Numbered from the stretch's first letter, positions 28,945-39,474 are shown. The stretch is 64,000 nucleotides of DNA from Candidatus Hydrogenedentota bacterium (GCA_963674865.2 CAXXYE010000001.1:352001-416000); one strand, 5' to 3'. Notes: generated from the sequence alone by a model not told the origin. A program made the numbers and translations.

Positions 28945-31098
28945 TTATAGGGGGTAGTCCAGTGCTTCAGGGATCATGACGTTGGCCACGGCCTGCGCGG
29001 CGCGGTCTTTCGCGAGGCGTGCCCCGGTGAGGCAGCCGTCCATCTTCACGCGCATGCGCGTGAACTCTTCGAGGCCGTCGAGCTTGACGCAAGGGCCGGC
29101 CTTCTCGTGGGTGGCCTCATCGCAACAGGCCTCGCACGGCTCGTGGTCCCAGGCGGGGTGCCGGCTGTATCCGAAGACAAGCTCCGCGCAGATGCGGCCG
29201 ACTTCGCCGGCGGCGCGCGCCGACTGGACGTGGCACAGGTCGGTGTAGAAGTTCACCAGGCCGGTAAGGCCTTCGGCCAGAGTCGGATTCTCCGGGCCTT
29301 TCTTCTCCAGCTCGAGCACATCAAGGATTAGATGGCGCGCGGCAAGGAGCCAGCTCAGAGCGTCGGCTAGGGCGAACGTCACACCTTGGCGCGGGCTGTG
29401 ATAGAGCTTCCCGCCGTCGGCATCCTTGGCCCCTTGGAGGTGGTTTAGCGACCACAGCCACATCTCCATGGCCGTGGCCAGGGTGCACGCGCCTGTGCCG
29501 GGCCGCTGGGAGGCGATGCGGCGCATCTCCTTGGCCCAAATGCCGAACTGCGCGAGGAAGACCTTGTCCACCATGGTGATGCTCAACTGGCGGCGCTGCA
29601 CGGCCTCCGGGCCTTCGTAGGTGGCTTCAAGCTGGGCGTCCATCCATTTGTGGCCGAGGAAGCCGGGGCAATCCTCCGTGATGCCGTAGCCGCCTACCAG
29701 ACTGACGGCTTCGCGCATGACGGTGGCGCCATAGCCGGTGTTCCAGAGCTTGCAGGCTGGGCAGAGCACGTTGGCCTGTGCGTCGAGGACGAGGAAGCGC
29801 ACGAGGGGATTGTCTTCCAGCGCCTTGAGGCGCTCGCTATCGCGTTCCTGTTCGGGTTGAGCGCGAAGCTCGATGCATTCGATGGCGTCCTTCTGCAGGC
29901 GCCGAAGGACTTTGAACTGCGCCATGCCGGGCTTGACGCCTTGCTCGGCGAAGATCTTGTCTTTGTCGCGTTCGAGCGGATCGAGTTCATCGAACAGGCG
30001 GGCGGCCTCGAAGCCTAGGGACGCGCTGGCCTCGCCGGCGGCCCACACATCCACGAGGCGGTGGAGCGAATCTTCCTTCTGCTGCAGGCCGAAGCTGTGC
30101 CGGGGACTGCCCTGTTCGACGCCTTCGCCGCCGCGGAAACGCTCGCGGTGGTAACGAATAACCGGCTCGATGGCAGACAGGAGTTTGGCGGAGGTCATAA
30201 GAGCGACGGTAACGCGCGTGCGCCGGAACACGGCGTCGATCACCTCGCCGTGGCTGTGATTCGGGACGATGACGCCGTCCTGAACCGTGTATCCGCCGAT
30301 GATGCGGCTGGCCGGGACCTTGAGGCTGAGAACGGGATCGCGTGTCGAGGAGAGCTGGTGAACCAGTTTGCGTGTCGGCGTTCCGCGGTCGAACAGGCCC
30401 GGGTCGGACTCTTCGAGCACGATCATGCACGAGCCTTTGATGCGCTCGTCATCCGAATCGACGGCCGCGGCGACGAAGTCGGCGAAACCCATGTTGGTGA
30501 TGAAGCGGCCGCGCTTGTCGACTTGGAGGATGGGCTCCTTGCCGTCCTCCCACTCGACGATGCGCATCTTGCCGCTGACGCGGTTGGTTTCGACGCCGAC
30601 GTAAGGGAGAGGCTCCGTCAACGCGAAGGCGCCGCGCCACGTCTTGCGGTCCTCGCCGGGCTGGGCGGGGGCGCAGCGGGCCATATAGGTCTGCTGCTGC
30701 TCGGGCGTGCCGCGCTCGTGGATAGGCGCAAGGGCCAGATTGCCCGCGAGGCTGCACGTGGCGGCGCCGGCGTCGACCCAGGCCAACTCGAAGGCGACGA
30801 GGGCCATGGCGAAGTTCTTGGGCCCTTCGATGAATCCGCCGTACTCCGGATCCAGAAAACACGCCGACACTCCGGAGGAGTCGAACACGCCGAGAAGTTG
30901 CGCCTTATCGTCCGTCCATTCGTGGGAGTTGCGGGCGCCGTTCGCTACGAGATGGGCCACAGGCCCCCGGGCCACGGCCCGGGTGGATTGAACCAGCATC
31001 TGGAGGTCGTACCGATCGCCGAAGCGCCACATGATCTGGCGAATATCATCGCCGGGCAGTGTGCGCAGGGATTCAGATTCACGAGCAGTATCTTGCAT
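28945..31098 (-). CDS. Acyl-CoA dehydrogenase family protein (long form)
   Basis: AFELAWVDAG, GTPEQQQTY, AFALTEP, FITN, REAVSLVGGYG and YEGPEAVQR. Start at ATG 31098 behind GAGAGGA. Confidence 0.88.
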   Translation of the reverse strand: MQDTARESESLRTLPGDDIRQIMWRFGDRYDLQMLVQSTRAVARGPVAHLVANGARNSHEWTDDKAQLLGVFDSSGVSACFLDPEYGGFIEGPKNFAMALVAFELAWVDAGAATCSLAGNLALAPIHERGTPEQQQTYMARCAPAQPGEDRKTWRGAFALTEPLPYVGVETNRVSGKMRIVEWEDGKEPILQVDKRGRFITNMGFADFVAAAVDSDDERIKGSCMIVLEESDPGLFDRGTPTRKLVHQLSSTRDPVLSLKVPASRIIGGYTVQDGVIVPNHSHGEVIDAVFRRTRVTVALMTSAKLLSAIEPVIRYHRERFRGGEGVEQGSPRHSFGLQQKEDSLHRLVDVWAAGEASASLGFEAARLFDELDPLERDKDKIFAEQGVKPGMAQFKVLRRLQKDAIECIELRAQPEQERDSERLKALEDNPLVRFLVLDAQANVLCPACKLWNTGYGATVMREAVSLVGGYGITEDCPGFLGHKWMDAQLEATYEGPEAVQRRQLSITMVDKVFLAQFGIWAKEMRRIASQRPGTGACTLATAMEMWLWSLNHLQGAKDADGGKLYHSPRQGVTFALADALSWLLAARHLILDVLELEKKGPENPTLAEGLTGLVNFYTDLCHVQSARAAGEVGRICAELVFGYSRHPAWDHEPCEACCDEATHEKAGPCVKLDGLEEFTRMRVKMDGCLTGARLAKDRAAQAVANVMIPEALDYPL

Positions 31099-31363
31099 GG
31101 GATAGTCCTCTCTCCGCAGTGTTGTGACGCGGAATGGTAGCGAATCCCCTTTTGCTGAGTCAACGAAGGGGTGGTGTCCGCATCGCGGGATAACTCGACC
31201 GCGCCGCGCACACGGCGCTCTGAAACGGCCTCGTCTCGCGCTGTCCACCTACCAAGGCGGTGAGGGCCTCGGTTTCGCCGCGGTATTCGCTTCCAATGAC
31301 TTGACGCGTGGTGCAACGCCCGGACACGTCGTCTCGATTGAGCGCCCTGATGCGGATTGCCCG

Positions 31364-31455
31364 GAGCCCCGAACGGGGCGGCCGTATGTAGCCGTGGGTG
31401 AGCGAAGCGAGCCCACGGACAGAGGCTCTCCCCATCAAGAGCCCCGAACGGGGCG
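31364..31455. repeat. Three-hairpin REP-like element (GAGCCCCGAACGGGGCG x2 around CCGTGGG...CCCACGG)
   Basis: Identical 17-mers at 31364-31380 and 31439-31455, with a central hairpin at 31392-31418. Confidence 0.72.
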
Positions 31456-31609
31456 ATAGCGCCGTTGCTTCACAGCCAAATGTGCTCATACCGTGGGCCT
31501 TCAGCGGTTTGATATCCCGCGCGGAATCCGAAACCGAACCATCGGGCCGCCACCGCAGAACGAGATGCGCGTTGTCGGCCGGCCATCGGTGCAGGCATGG
31601 CGACGCCGT

Positions 31610-32443
31610 CTACGGCTCTTTCCTGAGTCTCCGGAATCCGCGCACGAGACGGTTTCCGAAGGGGGCAAGCAGGGCGGGGTGGAGGCGGTGGAGCCACCAG
31701 GGCAGGCGGCCGTGGGTGAAGGGGAAGACGATGACGGCGCGGTTCTTGGCTACGCCGCGGAGAATGGCCCGGGCGGCCTTGTGGGCGGCCATCATCTTGA
31801 CGGGAATCATGCCATACACCTTGCGCCGGTCGGCGTTGACTACTTGGGCGCTCTCGTAAATGGCCGTGTCGACGAAACCGGGGCAGACCACGCTTACCTT
31901 CACGCCCAGGTCTGCCGCTTCGCAGCGTAGCGATGTGGACAGCCCGACCACTGCGTATTTGCTTGCCGCGTAAGGAGTTGCCGTCGGACAGCCGATGAGG
32001 CCCGCCACGGACGCCGTATTCACGATGTGCCCGAAGCCTTGCTCAACCATGAGAGGATACGCGGCGGCGACTCCGTGGATGACGCCCATGAGGTTGATCT
32101 CGATGACCCGCCGCCAATCCGCCGCGCTCAGGTCGCGCGCCTCGGCGGCTTGCGTTACGCCGGCGTTGTTGAAGAGGTAGTCGAGGCGGCCGTGTTCGCA
32201 GGCAGTGTCCTCGATGAGGCGCTGAACGGCCTCCGCGTCCGTCACGTCCAGGATGGCGGCCTTGGCTTTCGCACCTTTCGCCGCTATGCCTTCGGCGACT
32301 TGGCCCGCGCCGTCGCCATTGACGTCGGCCACGACGACGCTGGCGCCGCGCGCCGCCAACAGCTCGCACACGGCGCGTCCGATGCCCGAGGCGCCCCCGG
32401 TGACAATGGCGACTTTCTCAGCGTAGAGGTTGTTCATGTTCAC
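31610..32443 (-). CDS. SDR family NAD(P)-dependent oxidoreductase
   Basis: TGGASGIG, NNAG, YAASK and CPGFVDT. Confidence 0.93.
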   Translation of the reverse strand: MNMNNLYAEKVAIVTGGASGIGRAVCELLAARGASVVVADVNGDGAGQVAEGIAAKGAKAKAAILDVTDAEAVQRLIEDTACEHGRLDYLFNNAGVTQAAEARDLSAADWRRVIEINLMGVIHGVAAAYPLMVEQGFGHIVNTASVAGLIGCPTATPYAASKYAVVGLSTSLRCEAADLGVKVSVVCPGFVDTAIYESAQVVNADRRKVYGMIPVKMMAAHKAARAILRGVAKNRAVIVFPFTHGRLPWWLHRLHPALLAPFGNRLVRGFRRLRKEP

Positions 32444-32448
32444 CGCGG

Positions 32449-33309
32449 CTAGAAGAACCGCTTCCAGTAGGTAATGAGGGTTGGCCCGGAGAAATCGTCG
32501 CCTTGGTCGATGAACCAGCTATATTGGGCGTTGAGACAGAGCATGCTGTGTTTCGTGACGGGGATGTCGACGCCCGTCGTCAAGCCAAGCGACCAGGGAT
32601 TCCAGACGTTGCCTTCTTCGACGCGCATCAGGCGCCGGAAAGGCCCGAATCCGGCCTTAACATCCGCGTCGAAGGTGAGGTAGTTCCAATTCCACGTGGA
32701 CGCGAGGAAGGGCTTGGCATGTCTGAGCCGGGACTTCAGCGAGCTGTACTCGCCAAGTTCCGTCATTCCGAAGGGATGAAAGGACACGCCGAGACTCGTG
32801 AAGAAGTTCGAGCGCTCGATAGTCACATCCGTCTTCAGAGGCATGAGCAAGAGGCTGATATTACTGGCCTTTGTGCGGATCTCGCCCTGGCTGTACCCAG
32901 CCTGGACGAACCAGTCCCAGCGCTTCGAGATGGTTCGGCCGCCGCCGAGGAATAGAGAGGCGATCATCATGTCATCGCGCTGGTCGGCGAAGGTCTTGAC
33001 GTCGTCGAATCCCGGGGCGATCAAGCGAAAGGGCCTGTTGATCCGGTGATCGATCTCTTTGGTAGCGTCGTTCAGTCTTGGAAATGACTGCACGACGCCT
33101 CCGAACACGTACCACTGCTTTGCGAATTCATCCGAGGCGGGTGGGGCAGCGCTTCTGTCCGTTTCCTCGGCAGCGCCCGCTGAGGTGAAGTCGTCGGCTG
33201 CGGCACGCTGGGATAGGGGAAGGAGAATGGCTAGGAAGAGAAACACTGCTCCCGCGGCCGTTGCGCAGGCCATCCGTGTCCCGACGGTGGTGTCTTGCTG
33301 CTTTCGCAT
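32449..33309 (-). CDS. Putative outer-membrane beta-barrel protein
   Basis: Signal-peptide-like segment, alternating aromatic/hydrophobic strands, and C-terminal YWKRFF. Confidence 0.55.
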   Translation of the reverse strand: MRKQQDTTVGTRMACATAAGAVFLFLAILLPLSQRAAADDFTSAGAAEETDRSAAPPASDEFAKQWYVFGGVVQSFPRLNDATKEIDHRINRPFRLIAPGFDDVKTFADQRDDMMIASLFLGGGRTISKRWDWFVQAGYSQGEIRTKASNISLLLMPLKTDVTIERSNFFTSLGVSFHPFGMTELGEYSSLKSRLRHAKPFLASTWNWNYLTFDADVKAGFGPFRRLMRVEEGNVWNPWSLGLTTGVDIPVTKHSMLCLNAQYSWFIDQGDDFSGPTLITYWKRFF

Positions 33310-33469
33310 GACTCCCCATGTCGCGCCGAGAAGGGTACTACGTCGCGAGGGTGAAGAAAGGGCGACATCCCGCCACGCCGTGCTAACGAGCCACGAGCTA
33401 TGCGCGGCCTCGATATCCTGCCACGACGTCGCAGCCGATTCAACCTGCATCGCGATGACTCGGCCCGCG

Positions 33470-36307
33470 TTACGAAGGTGATTCTTCGGTGATTAGCACA
33501 CAGGCGCCTTCAGGAATCCGTTCAAACGCCTCGATCACGTCGTCATTGCGCAAGCGGATACAGCCGTGCGATGAGGGCGTGCCCACATCGGACTCGGCGT
33601 TTGTGCCGTGGATGTAGATGTTTCGCGCGAAGGAGTCCACCTTGCCGCCTTGATTCAGGCCTGGCTCCTCGCCTGCCAAGACAAGCACCCTTGTCAACAC
33701 CAAGTCCTCATCGGTTTCGTCGCCCGGCCGCCACACCTGGCCCGTGGCCGCGCGGCTTCGGAAGACACGTCCCCAGATGGCGTCATCGCCGACCTTGTTG
33801 ACGACAGAGTGCCAGCCCAGCGGCGTCTTGTTGCTGTCCATCTCCGAGCCGGCGCCATTGGCGGCGGTTGCGCAGCGCGCCTGCCATGTCGCCTCGCCGC
33901 CTTCGATAAGGCGCAGCACTTGCTCGTCCATTGATATCCAGACGCCGAGCTTGTCGCCGACCCACTCACGCCAACCGTGTGCTTCAAGGAGAGCCCTCTG
34001 TGCATCGGACAGCTCGGCCTTCGCGTGAGTAAGCGACCCGCACACCTCGACTCTGGCGCCCTCGGGCGCCTTCACCTCGACCGGGACACCGGGAGGCGTC
34101 GTCACGCGGAAGCCTGTGGAGCGGTCGTATTGGACGGTGACGGATCCGCCGGGAATGGGCACCGCGATGGCAGCGTGCTCGACGGCGGGGGGGAGATGGG
34201 GCTCGAACCGTATCGTCCTCCATCCGGGCGCGCCGGGCCGGAGTCCCATCACGCGCTCGCTGATGAGGTACACCGGGCTGCTGCTCCACGGATGGCACCA
34301 GCTCGTGTTCCATTTCTGGTCGGGCCCCCACGCCTCCATGCAGGTTGTGGCGCCGTGGGTGAGCATCTCACGCCAGGAGTGCTTGTCGTGCGACGTGATA
34401 AGGTCGTAGGCGAGGTCCGATGCACCCGCTTCATAGCAAGCCTCGATGACAAACGGGGCAATGTAGACGCCGCAGCTCAACCGCTTCTCGCGTATCAGCG
34501 CGATGATGTTCGGGGCCACCTCAGCGGGGGCCAGGCCGAAGGCCACCGGGAGGGCGTTGGCGTGAAGCGAACTGTGTGATGATCCAGGTGCGTCGAGGAA
34601 CAAACCGGTTTCCCGGTTGAGAAGCCGCTCGACGAAGCTGTCCTTGACTCGCTCCGCCTTGGCTTCGTAAGGCCTCGCATCGAGGCCCACTTCGCGGCAG
34701 ATTTCCGCGGCGGCGCATAACGCCGCGTAATAGAAGGCGTTAAGTACCGCGTTCTCGCGATGTTTGGCGTACTCGTAGTCGTAATCGTCCCGTAGGTTCT
34801 TGGGCCAATCGACAAGGACCCATTTCTCCGTCATGTTCGTCAGAAGGCCCGCCTCGCTCTCAAACCGCGCGAAATAGTCGAACAAGCCGGGAAAGACGGC
34901 CTCGACCATCTTCTCAGTGAAAAGGAAGTCGCCAGTGTATTGTAGGTAATTGCGGAGCATCATGGGCCATTGGAGCGAGTACTCGGCGATTTCCTGCATG
35001 AAACTTCCGGGTGCGACGGCCATCAGGCCCGGGCAGATGCGCTGTGATAACTGGAAGTCCGTCAATGCTTTGCGCGTCAGCGTCGGGTCGCCCGTGCAGA
35101 CGAGGTGACTGTGGCTTGTAATGAAAGCGTCGCCGAGGTATTGCCCTTTCTCACGAGAGGGACAGTCCAGGAAGCCGCCCTGGCTGCCGTAGCGCACGCC
35201 GTTCCTGCAAAGCTGCCAGATCCGGCTGAGCAGGTCGTCGGATGCGTCTAACCGACTCGCGGCGGGATCGAACGGATGATGACGGACATCCACCCATACT
35301 TCCGGTTCGCTGGGCGCGTTGAGGATCTCGATGTAGCGGAAACACCGGTAGTCGTAAAACTCGACGGTATCGTCACTTCCGCTCAACACGGGGAACTCCT
35401 GGTAGCGGCAGTTGGCGCGCATCTCGTACCGAACCGCGTCGGGCTCGAGGAGTTCCTCGCCGTGGCGTACCTCGATGACGTGTCCTGGCTGGCCGCCTTT
35501 GGCCCGCACCCGTGTATGGCCGACGAGAACCGTGCCGAAGTCGTAGAAGTAGTGGCCTTCCGCCTTCTGCTTCGACAGGACGGGCCGCGCGATCCAATGC
35601 TCGAGCGGCGGGGTGACTTGCTCGACGAGTTGGTGGTCCTGGCGTCCGGTGAGGGGCGCTGCCCACTCCGAATCGTCGAAGCCGCCCTCGCGCCAGCCTT
35701 TCGGTATCGCGCGCAGGTCGATGTTCTCCAGGAACTGCGTTTCGTAGCCGGTGATGTCACCCGTCGGGAAGGCCTTGAGCGTCAGGCAGCGCCACGTATC
35801 GTCCGTTGTAACAAGGATTTGTCGGCCGTCCTCGAAGGTCACATTCAGGGCCAGCATAAAGCCGGAACGGTTGTTGGCGCTGTTCCACACGCGATTGCAC
35901 AGGCCCTGATAGTAGACATGCGCCGCAAAGACATTGTCTCCCTTGTGCAAGAGGTCCGTAACGTCCATTGAACAATAGGGATAGGCAAAGGGATACCCAG
36001 GTTCCGGCCCTTGAAATGCAAATGCGCCGTTAATGTAGAGCTTGCAGTAATCATCCGCCGTGATGTACAGGCGCGCGGCTGTAGGTTTGGCCGACAGCGT
36101 CACCACCTTGCGAAACAAGGTATGGACGTTGCGCGGGCCTTCCAGTGCCGGCCGCTCCGTCTGCTGCTTGTGCTGGATCCCGATGACCTTGACCCCGTCG
36201 AAAGCCGGGTCGCGCAGCCATTCGGCGCCCTCAAAGACATCGGCGACCGCGGTCGTCGATACCGCGACGAGCAAGAAGAAAAGCAAAAAGGCCAAAAAGC
36301 ACTCCAA
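33470..36307 (-). CDS. Secreted GH78 alpha-L-rhamnosidase fused to a C-terminal YkuD L,D-transpeptidase domain
   Basis: GH78 motifs LYITADD, YDFG, DCPSREKGQYLGD, GATTCMEAW and SWCHPWSSSP. YkuD motifs TPLG and IYIHGTN...GTPSSHGCIRL. Confidence 0.85.
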   Translation of the reverse strand: MECFLAFLLFFLLVAVSTTAVADVFEGAEWLRDPAFDGVKVIGIQHKQQTERPALEGPRNVHTLFRKVVTLSAKPTAARLYITADDYCKLYINGAFAFQGPEPGYPFAYPYCSMDVTDLLHKGDNVFAAHVYYQGLCNRVWNSANNRSGFMLALNVTFEDGRQILVTTDDTWRCLTLKAFPTGDITGYETQFLENIDLRAIPKGWREGGFDDSEWAAPLTGRQDHQLVEQVTPPLEHWIARPVLSKQKAEGHYFYDFGTVLVGHTRVRAKGGQPGHVIEVRHGEELLEPDAVRYEMRANCRYQEFPVLSGSDDTVEFYDYRCFRYIEILNAPSEPEVWVDVRHHPFDPAASRLDASDDLLSRIWQLCRNGVRYGSQGGFLDCPSREKGQYLGDAFITSHSHLVCTGDPTLTRKALTDFQLSQRICPGLMAVAPGSFMQEIAEYSLQWPMMLRNYLQYTGDFLFTEKMVEAVFPGLFDYFARFESEAGLLTNMTEKWVLVDWPKNLRDDYDYEYAKHRENAVLNAFYYAALCAAAEICREVGLDARPYEAKAERVKDSFVERLLNRETGLFLDAPGSSHSSLHANALPVAFGLAPAEVAPNIIALIREKRLSCGVYIAPFVIEACYEAGASDLAYDLITSHDKHSWREMLTHGATTCMEAWGPDQKWNTSWCHPWSSSPVYLISERVMGLRPGAPGWRTIRFEPHLPPAVEHAAIAVPIPGGSVTVQYDRSTGFRVTTPPGVPVEVKAPEGARVEVCGSLTHAKAELSDAQRALLEAHGWREWVGDKLGVWISMDEQVLRLIEGGEATWQARCATAANGAGSEMDSNKTPLGWHSVVNKVGDDAIWGRVFRSRAATGQVWRPGDETDEDLVLTRVLVLAGEEPGLNQGGKVDSFARNIYIHGTNAESDVGTPSSHGCIRLRNDDVIEAFERIPEGACVLITEESPS

Positions 36308-36456
36308 TCTTCCCGACTCCCTACCGGTTCAGCCCCGTTTGGCCCGCCTATCGTAGCAACAACCTGCGGGGAATGCCATCCCAAACCACCTTGAACCTGG
36401 TGGGCCGCGGCTCTATCCTACGCTCTCAAAGCATCTGCAGGTCAGGAGAACGCGCA

Positions 36457-37878
36457 ATGGCTGAGAACAGGCGGATAGGGCGGCGGGAAATGCTGGGTGC
36501 TGTGGGATTGGCCTTGGGCGGCGGCGCGCTCGGGTGTTCGGCACTCGGGCGGGGCGCGGGGCTATCCCGAAAACGGCGGAAGAAGCCCAACATCATCTTC
36601 ATCCTCGCAGACGATCTTGGATACGGCGACCTGGGTTGCTACGGGCAGCAGCAGATCCTAACACCGAATATCGACCGCCTGGCTACGGAAGGCACGCGTT
36701 TCACGGACTGTTACGCCGGGAGCACCGTGTGCGCGCCGTCGCGATGTGTGCTCATGACGGGCCTGCACACGGGGCACTGCTATGTTCGGGGAAACAAGCG
36801 GATACCGTTGCCGGCTGAGACGCCGACCGTGGCCAAGGCGTTGAAGGGGGCCGGGTATACCACGGGCATCATCGGAAAGTGGGGATTGGGCGAGCCGGAC
36901 ACGACGGGCACCCCGAACCGGCAGGGCTTCGATTACTGGTTCGGCTACCTAAACCAAGGCCGCGCACACAATTACTACCCCGGTTATCTCTGGCGGAATG
37001 AGGAGAAGGTACCCCTGGAAGGCAATGTCGAGGGGGAGGAAAACCCGAGGGTATCGACGAAGTGCGCCCAGTACTCGCATGACCTTTTCGCCCAGGAGGC
37101 GCTGGACTTCGTGGAGCGCCACCAAGATGAGCCGTTCTTCCTCTATCTGGCCTTCACGCTGCCCCACGCCAACAACGAGCGCGGACGTGCGGAAGGCGAC
37201 GGGATGGAAGTCCCGAGTTATGAGCCCTATGCCGACAAGCCCTGGCCTCAACCTCAGAAGGGACACGCGGCCATGATCTCCCGCCTTGACGGGGACGTTG
37301 GGCGACTCCTTAACCGATTGGAAACGCTTGGGTTGGCGGACGACACGATTGTCTTCTTCACGAGCGATAACGGCACACATAAGGAAGGCGGCGCCGACCC
37401 CGCCTTTTTCGGCAGCTCGGGGCCTCTAAGAGGTTATAAACGCGACCTTTACGAGGGCGGAATCCGAGTTCCCATGATCGTCCGCTGGCCGGGATGCATC
37501 GCCGCCGGCGACGTAAGTGCCACGCCCTGGGCGTTTTGGGACTTCTTCCCCACTGCGGCGGAACTGGGCGGCGCTGCGGCGCCTGACGGCCTGGACGGTG
37601 TTTCGATGGCGGCCGCGCTCAAGGGCGGGCCTGCTCCTGCGCACCAGCCCTTCTACTGGGAGTTTCACGAGCGTGGGCTCACCCAGGCCATTCGTATGGA
37701 CCGGTGGAAGGCAGTGCAGAGGGCGGACTCGCCTATGGAGCTATTCGATCTGGCGAGGGATATTAGTGAGCGGAACGACGTGGCAGCCGAGAATCCACAT
37801 GTTGCCCGGACAATGGAGGAATACTTTGAAACAGCCAGAACGCCGTCCGTTCACTGGCCGACTGAGAAGGACAAATAG
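36457..37878 (+). CDS. Tat-exported arylsulfatase
   Basis: GRREML twin-arginine leader, ADDLGYGD, CAPSR, GKWGLG, TSDNG and LYEGGIRVP. Confidence 0.93.
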   Translation: MAENRRIGRREMLGAVGLALGGGALGCSALGRGAGLSRKRRKKPNIIFILADDLGYGDLGCYGQQQILTPNIDRLATEGTRFTDCYAGSTVCAPSRCVLMTGLHTGHCYVRGNKRIPLPAETPTVAKALKGAGYTTGIIGKWGLGEPDTTGTPNRQGFDYWFGYLNQGRAHNYYPGYLWRNEEKVPLEGNVEGEENPRVSTKCAQYSHDLFAQEALDFVERHQDEPFFLYLAFTLPHANNERGRAEGDGMEVPSYEPYADKPWPQPQKGHAAMISRLDGDVGRLLNRLETLGLADDTIVFFTSDNGTHKEGGADPAFFGSSGPLRGYKRDLYEGGIRVPMIVRWPGCIAAGDVSATPWAFWDFFPTAAELGGAAAPDGLDGVSMAAALKGGPAPAHQPFYWEFHERGLTQAIRMDRWKAVQRADSPMELFDLARDISERNDVAAENPHVARTMEEYFETARTPSVHWPTEKDK

Positions 37879-37967
37879 GGCCACCCTATGCCGTAAGGCG
37901 ATGTTTGTCAATGATCTAAGCAATGCAAAGCCTAGCCAAATTCGTAGCTAAAGGATATCGAGACATA

Positions 37968-39410
37968 ATGAAACATAAGCGCGTTTCGCGAAACGCTTTC
38001 GCCGTCCCCCTTCGCGGCATGAAAGTCATAACATGTGTTTTGTCAGTATTCTATGCCGTTGTAAGTTCTGCCGACGAGGGCGTTTCCGGGCCTCAGTATG
38101 AGGCAAACCCCTTCACCTTCACTCTGGCCATCCCCGGCCCCGAGGATAGCGCCGGAGGACTGATTGCCTGCGACCTGACGTGCGACGGTTTGCTCGATTA
38201 CTTGGTGACTGTGCCTGGTCATATTGCTGCCTATGGTCACGACGGCACGAAGTTGTGGATCCTTGACACGGACGTGCGGGTCGGGGGCTCGTCCGAGCGA
38301 GTGGGATTGCCCGGTCATCACGGACCGGGAGTTCAAGCCGGGGATATTGACGGCGATGGCAAGGTGGAAGTCCTTTTTCTGACGCAGGATAGCGTGCTGC
38401 ATGTCGTGGAAGGCGACACGGGCCTTGAGCAATGGACGGCGAAGCCGCCGATTCCGCCGGGGACGGAGCGGTGGGAGCACCTGGTGGTGGCTGATTTCCG
38501 CGGCGAGGGCGAGCGGGACCTGCTGCTACAGACGACCAACGCGAAGGGCTACCGCGTCGGGCATCATCTGGCAGCGTATCGTCTAGAGGACCTTAAGCAG
38601 TGCAATTACAATACCTTATGGGTGCGGGGCGACTTCAAGACCTGCGCTCATAACGGCGCGCGCGTGGCTGATATTGATGGCGACGGCAAGGACGAAGTTC
38701 TTGGTGGGACGCTGGTAGACGATACGGGCGTGTTCCTGGCCAAGGTCCCGCTTCGCGGGCACATCGACTCGATCTTCGTGTATGACGTGCGGCCCGACCT
38801 GCCGGAACTGGAGATTGTGGCGCTCGAGGAAGGCGGCGACACTGAGGAAGCGGGCGGGAACCGAATCTTCCTGTACAACGCCGAGCGGGTTTTGTGGGAG
38901 ACGGACTACCAGCATTGGGAGCCGCAGAACGCCGCCGTCGGGGACTTCGATCCGAAACGGCCGGGCCTCGAGGTCTGGTGCCGGAGCCGTTTCAACGAGC
39001 ATCAGAAGCCCTTCGTCTTCGACGCAAAGGGTGAGCTGATAAGCCATTACGCCATGGACGACGTCGCGCCGGAGGGATGGACAGTTGCCGGGGTCGAGGT
39101 CATCTGGACCATCGACTGGACCGGCGGGCCGAAACAGCTTGCCGCAGCCAAAGAACGACACGAATCCGGCGATATCGGCGTGTTTGACCCCATTTCCGGC
39201 GCATTTGTGACGCGTTTTGCGGACAAGGCGGACCGGCTCTACGTGGCGGATGTATCCGGCGACTGGCGTGAGGAGCTTATCGTACTGCAAGGCAATGAGT
39301 TGCGCATCTACCACAATCCCGAGCCCAACCCAAATCCCAACCACCCCCGCCTATGGACTCACCCCCACTATCGCCGGAGCAAAATGACCTGGAACTACTA
39401 CAGCCCGTGA
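37968..39410 (+). CDS. Secreted FG-GAP beta-propeller protein, rhamnogalacturonan lyase PL11-like (alternative start 38019)
   Basis: Repeated DxDGDGKxE Ca-binding loops and C-terminal ADVSGDWREELI. Confidence 0.65.
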   Translation: MKHKRVSRNAFAVPLRGMKVITCVLSVFYAVVSSADEGVSGPQYEANPFTFTLAIPGPEDSAGGLIACDLTCDGLLDYLVTVPGHIAAYGHDGTKLWILDTDVRVGGSSERVGLPGHHGPGVQAGDIDGDGKVEVLFLTQDSVLHVVEGDTGLEQWTAKPPIPPGTERWEHLVVADFRGEGERDLLLQTTNAKGYRVGHHLAAYRLEDLKQCNYNTLWVRGDFKTCAHNGARVADIDGDGKDEVLGGTLVDDTGVFLAKVPLRGHIDSIFVYDVRPDLPELEIVALEEGGDTEEAGGNRIFLYNAERVLWETDYQHWEPQNAAVGDFDPKRPGLEVWCRSRFNEHQKPFVFDAKGELISHYAMDDVAPEGWTVAGVEVIWTIDWTGGPKQLAAAKERHESGDIGVFDPISGAFVTRFADKADRLYVADVSGDWREELIVLQGNELRIYHNPEPNPNPNHPRLWTHPHYRRSKMTWNYYSP

Positions 39411-39474
39411 GACTTACATTGGTCGTTGCGGCCACTAACCTGAACGCTGCCAGCGAGGAATGGGGAGGAAAAGG

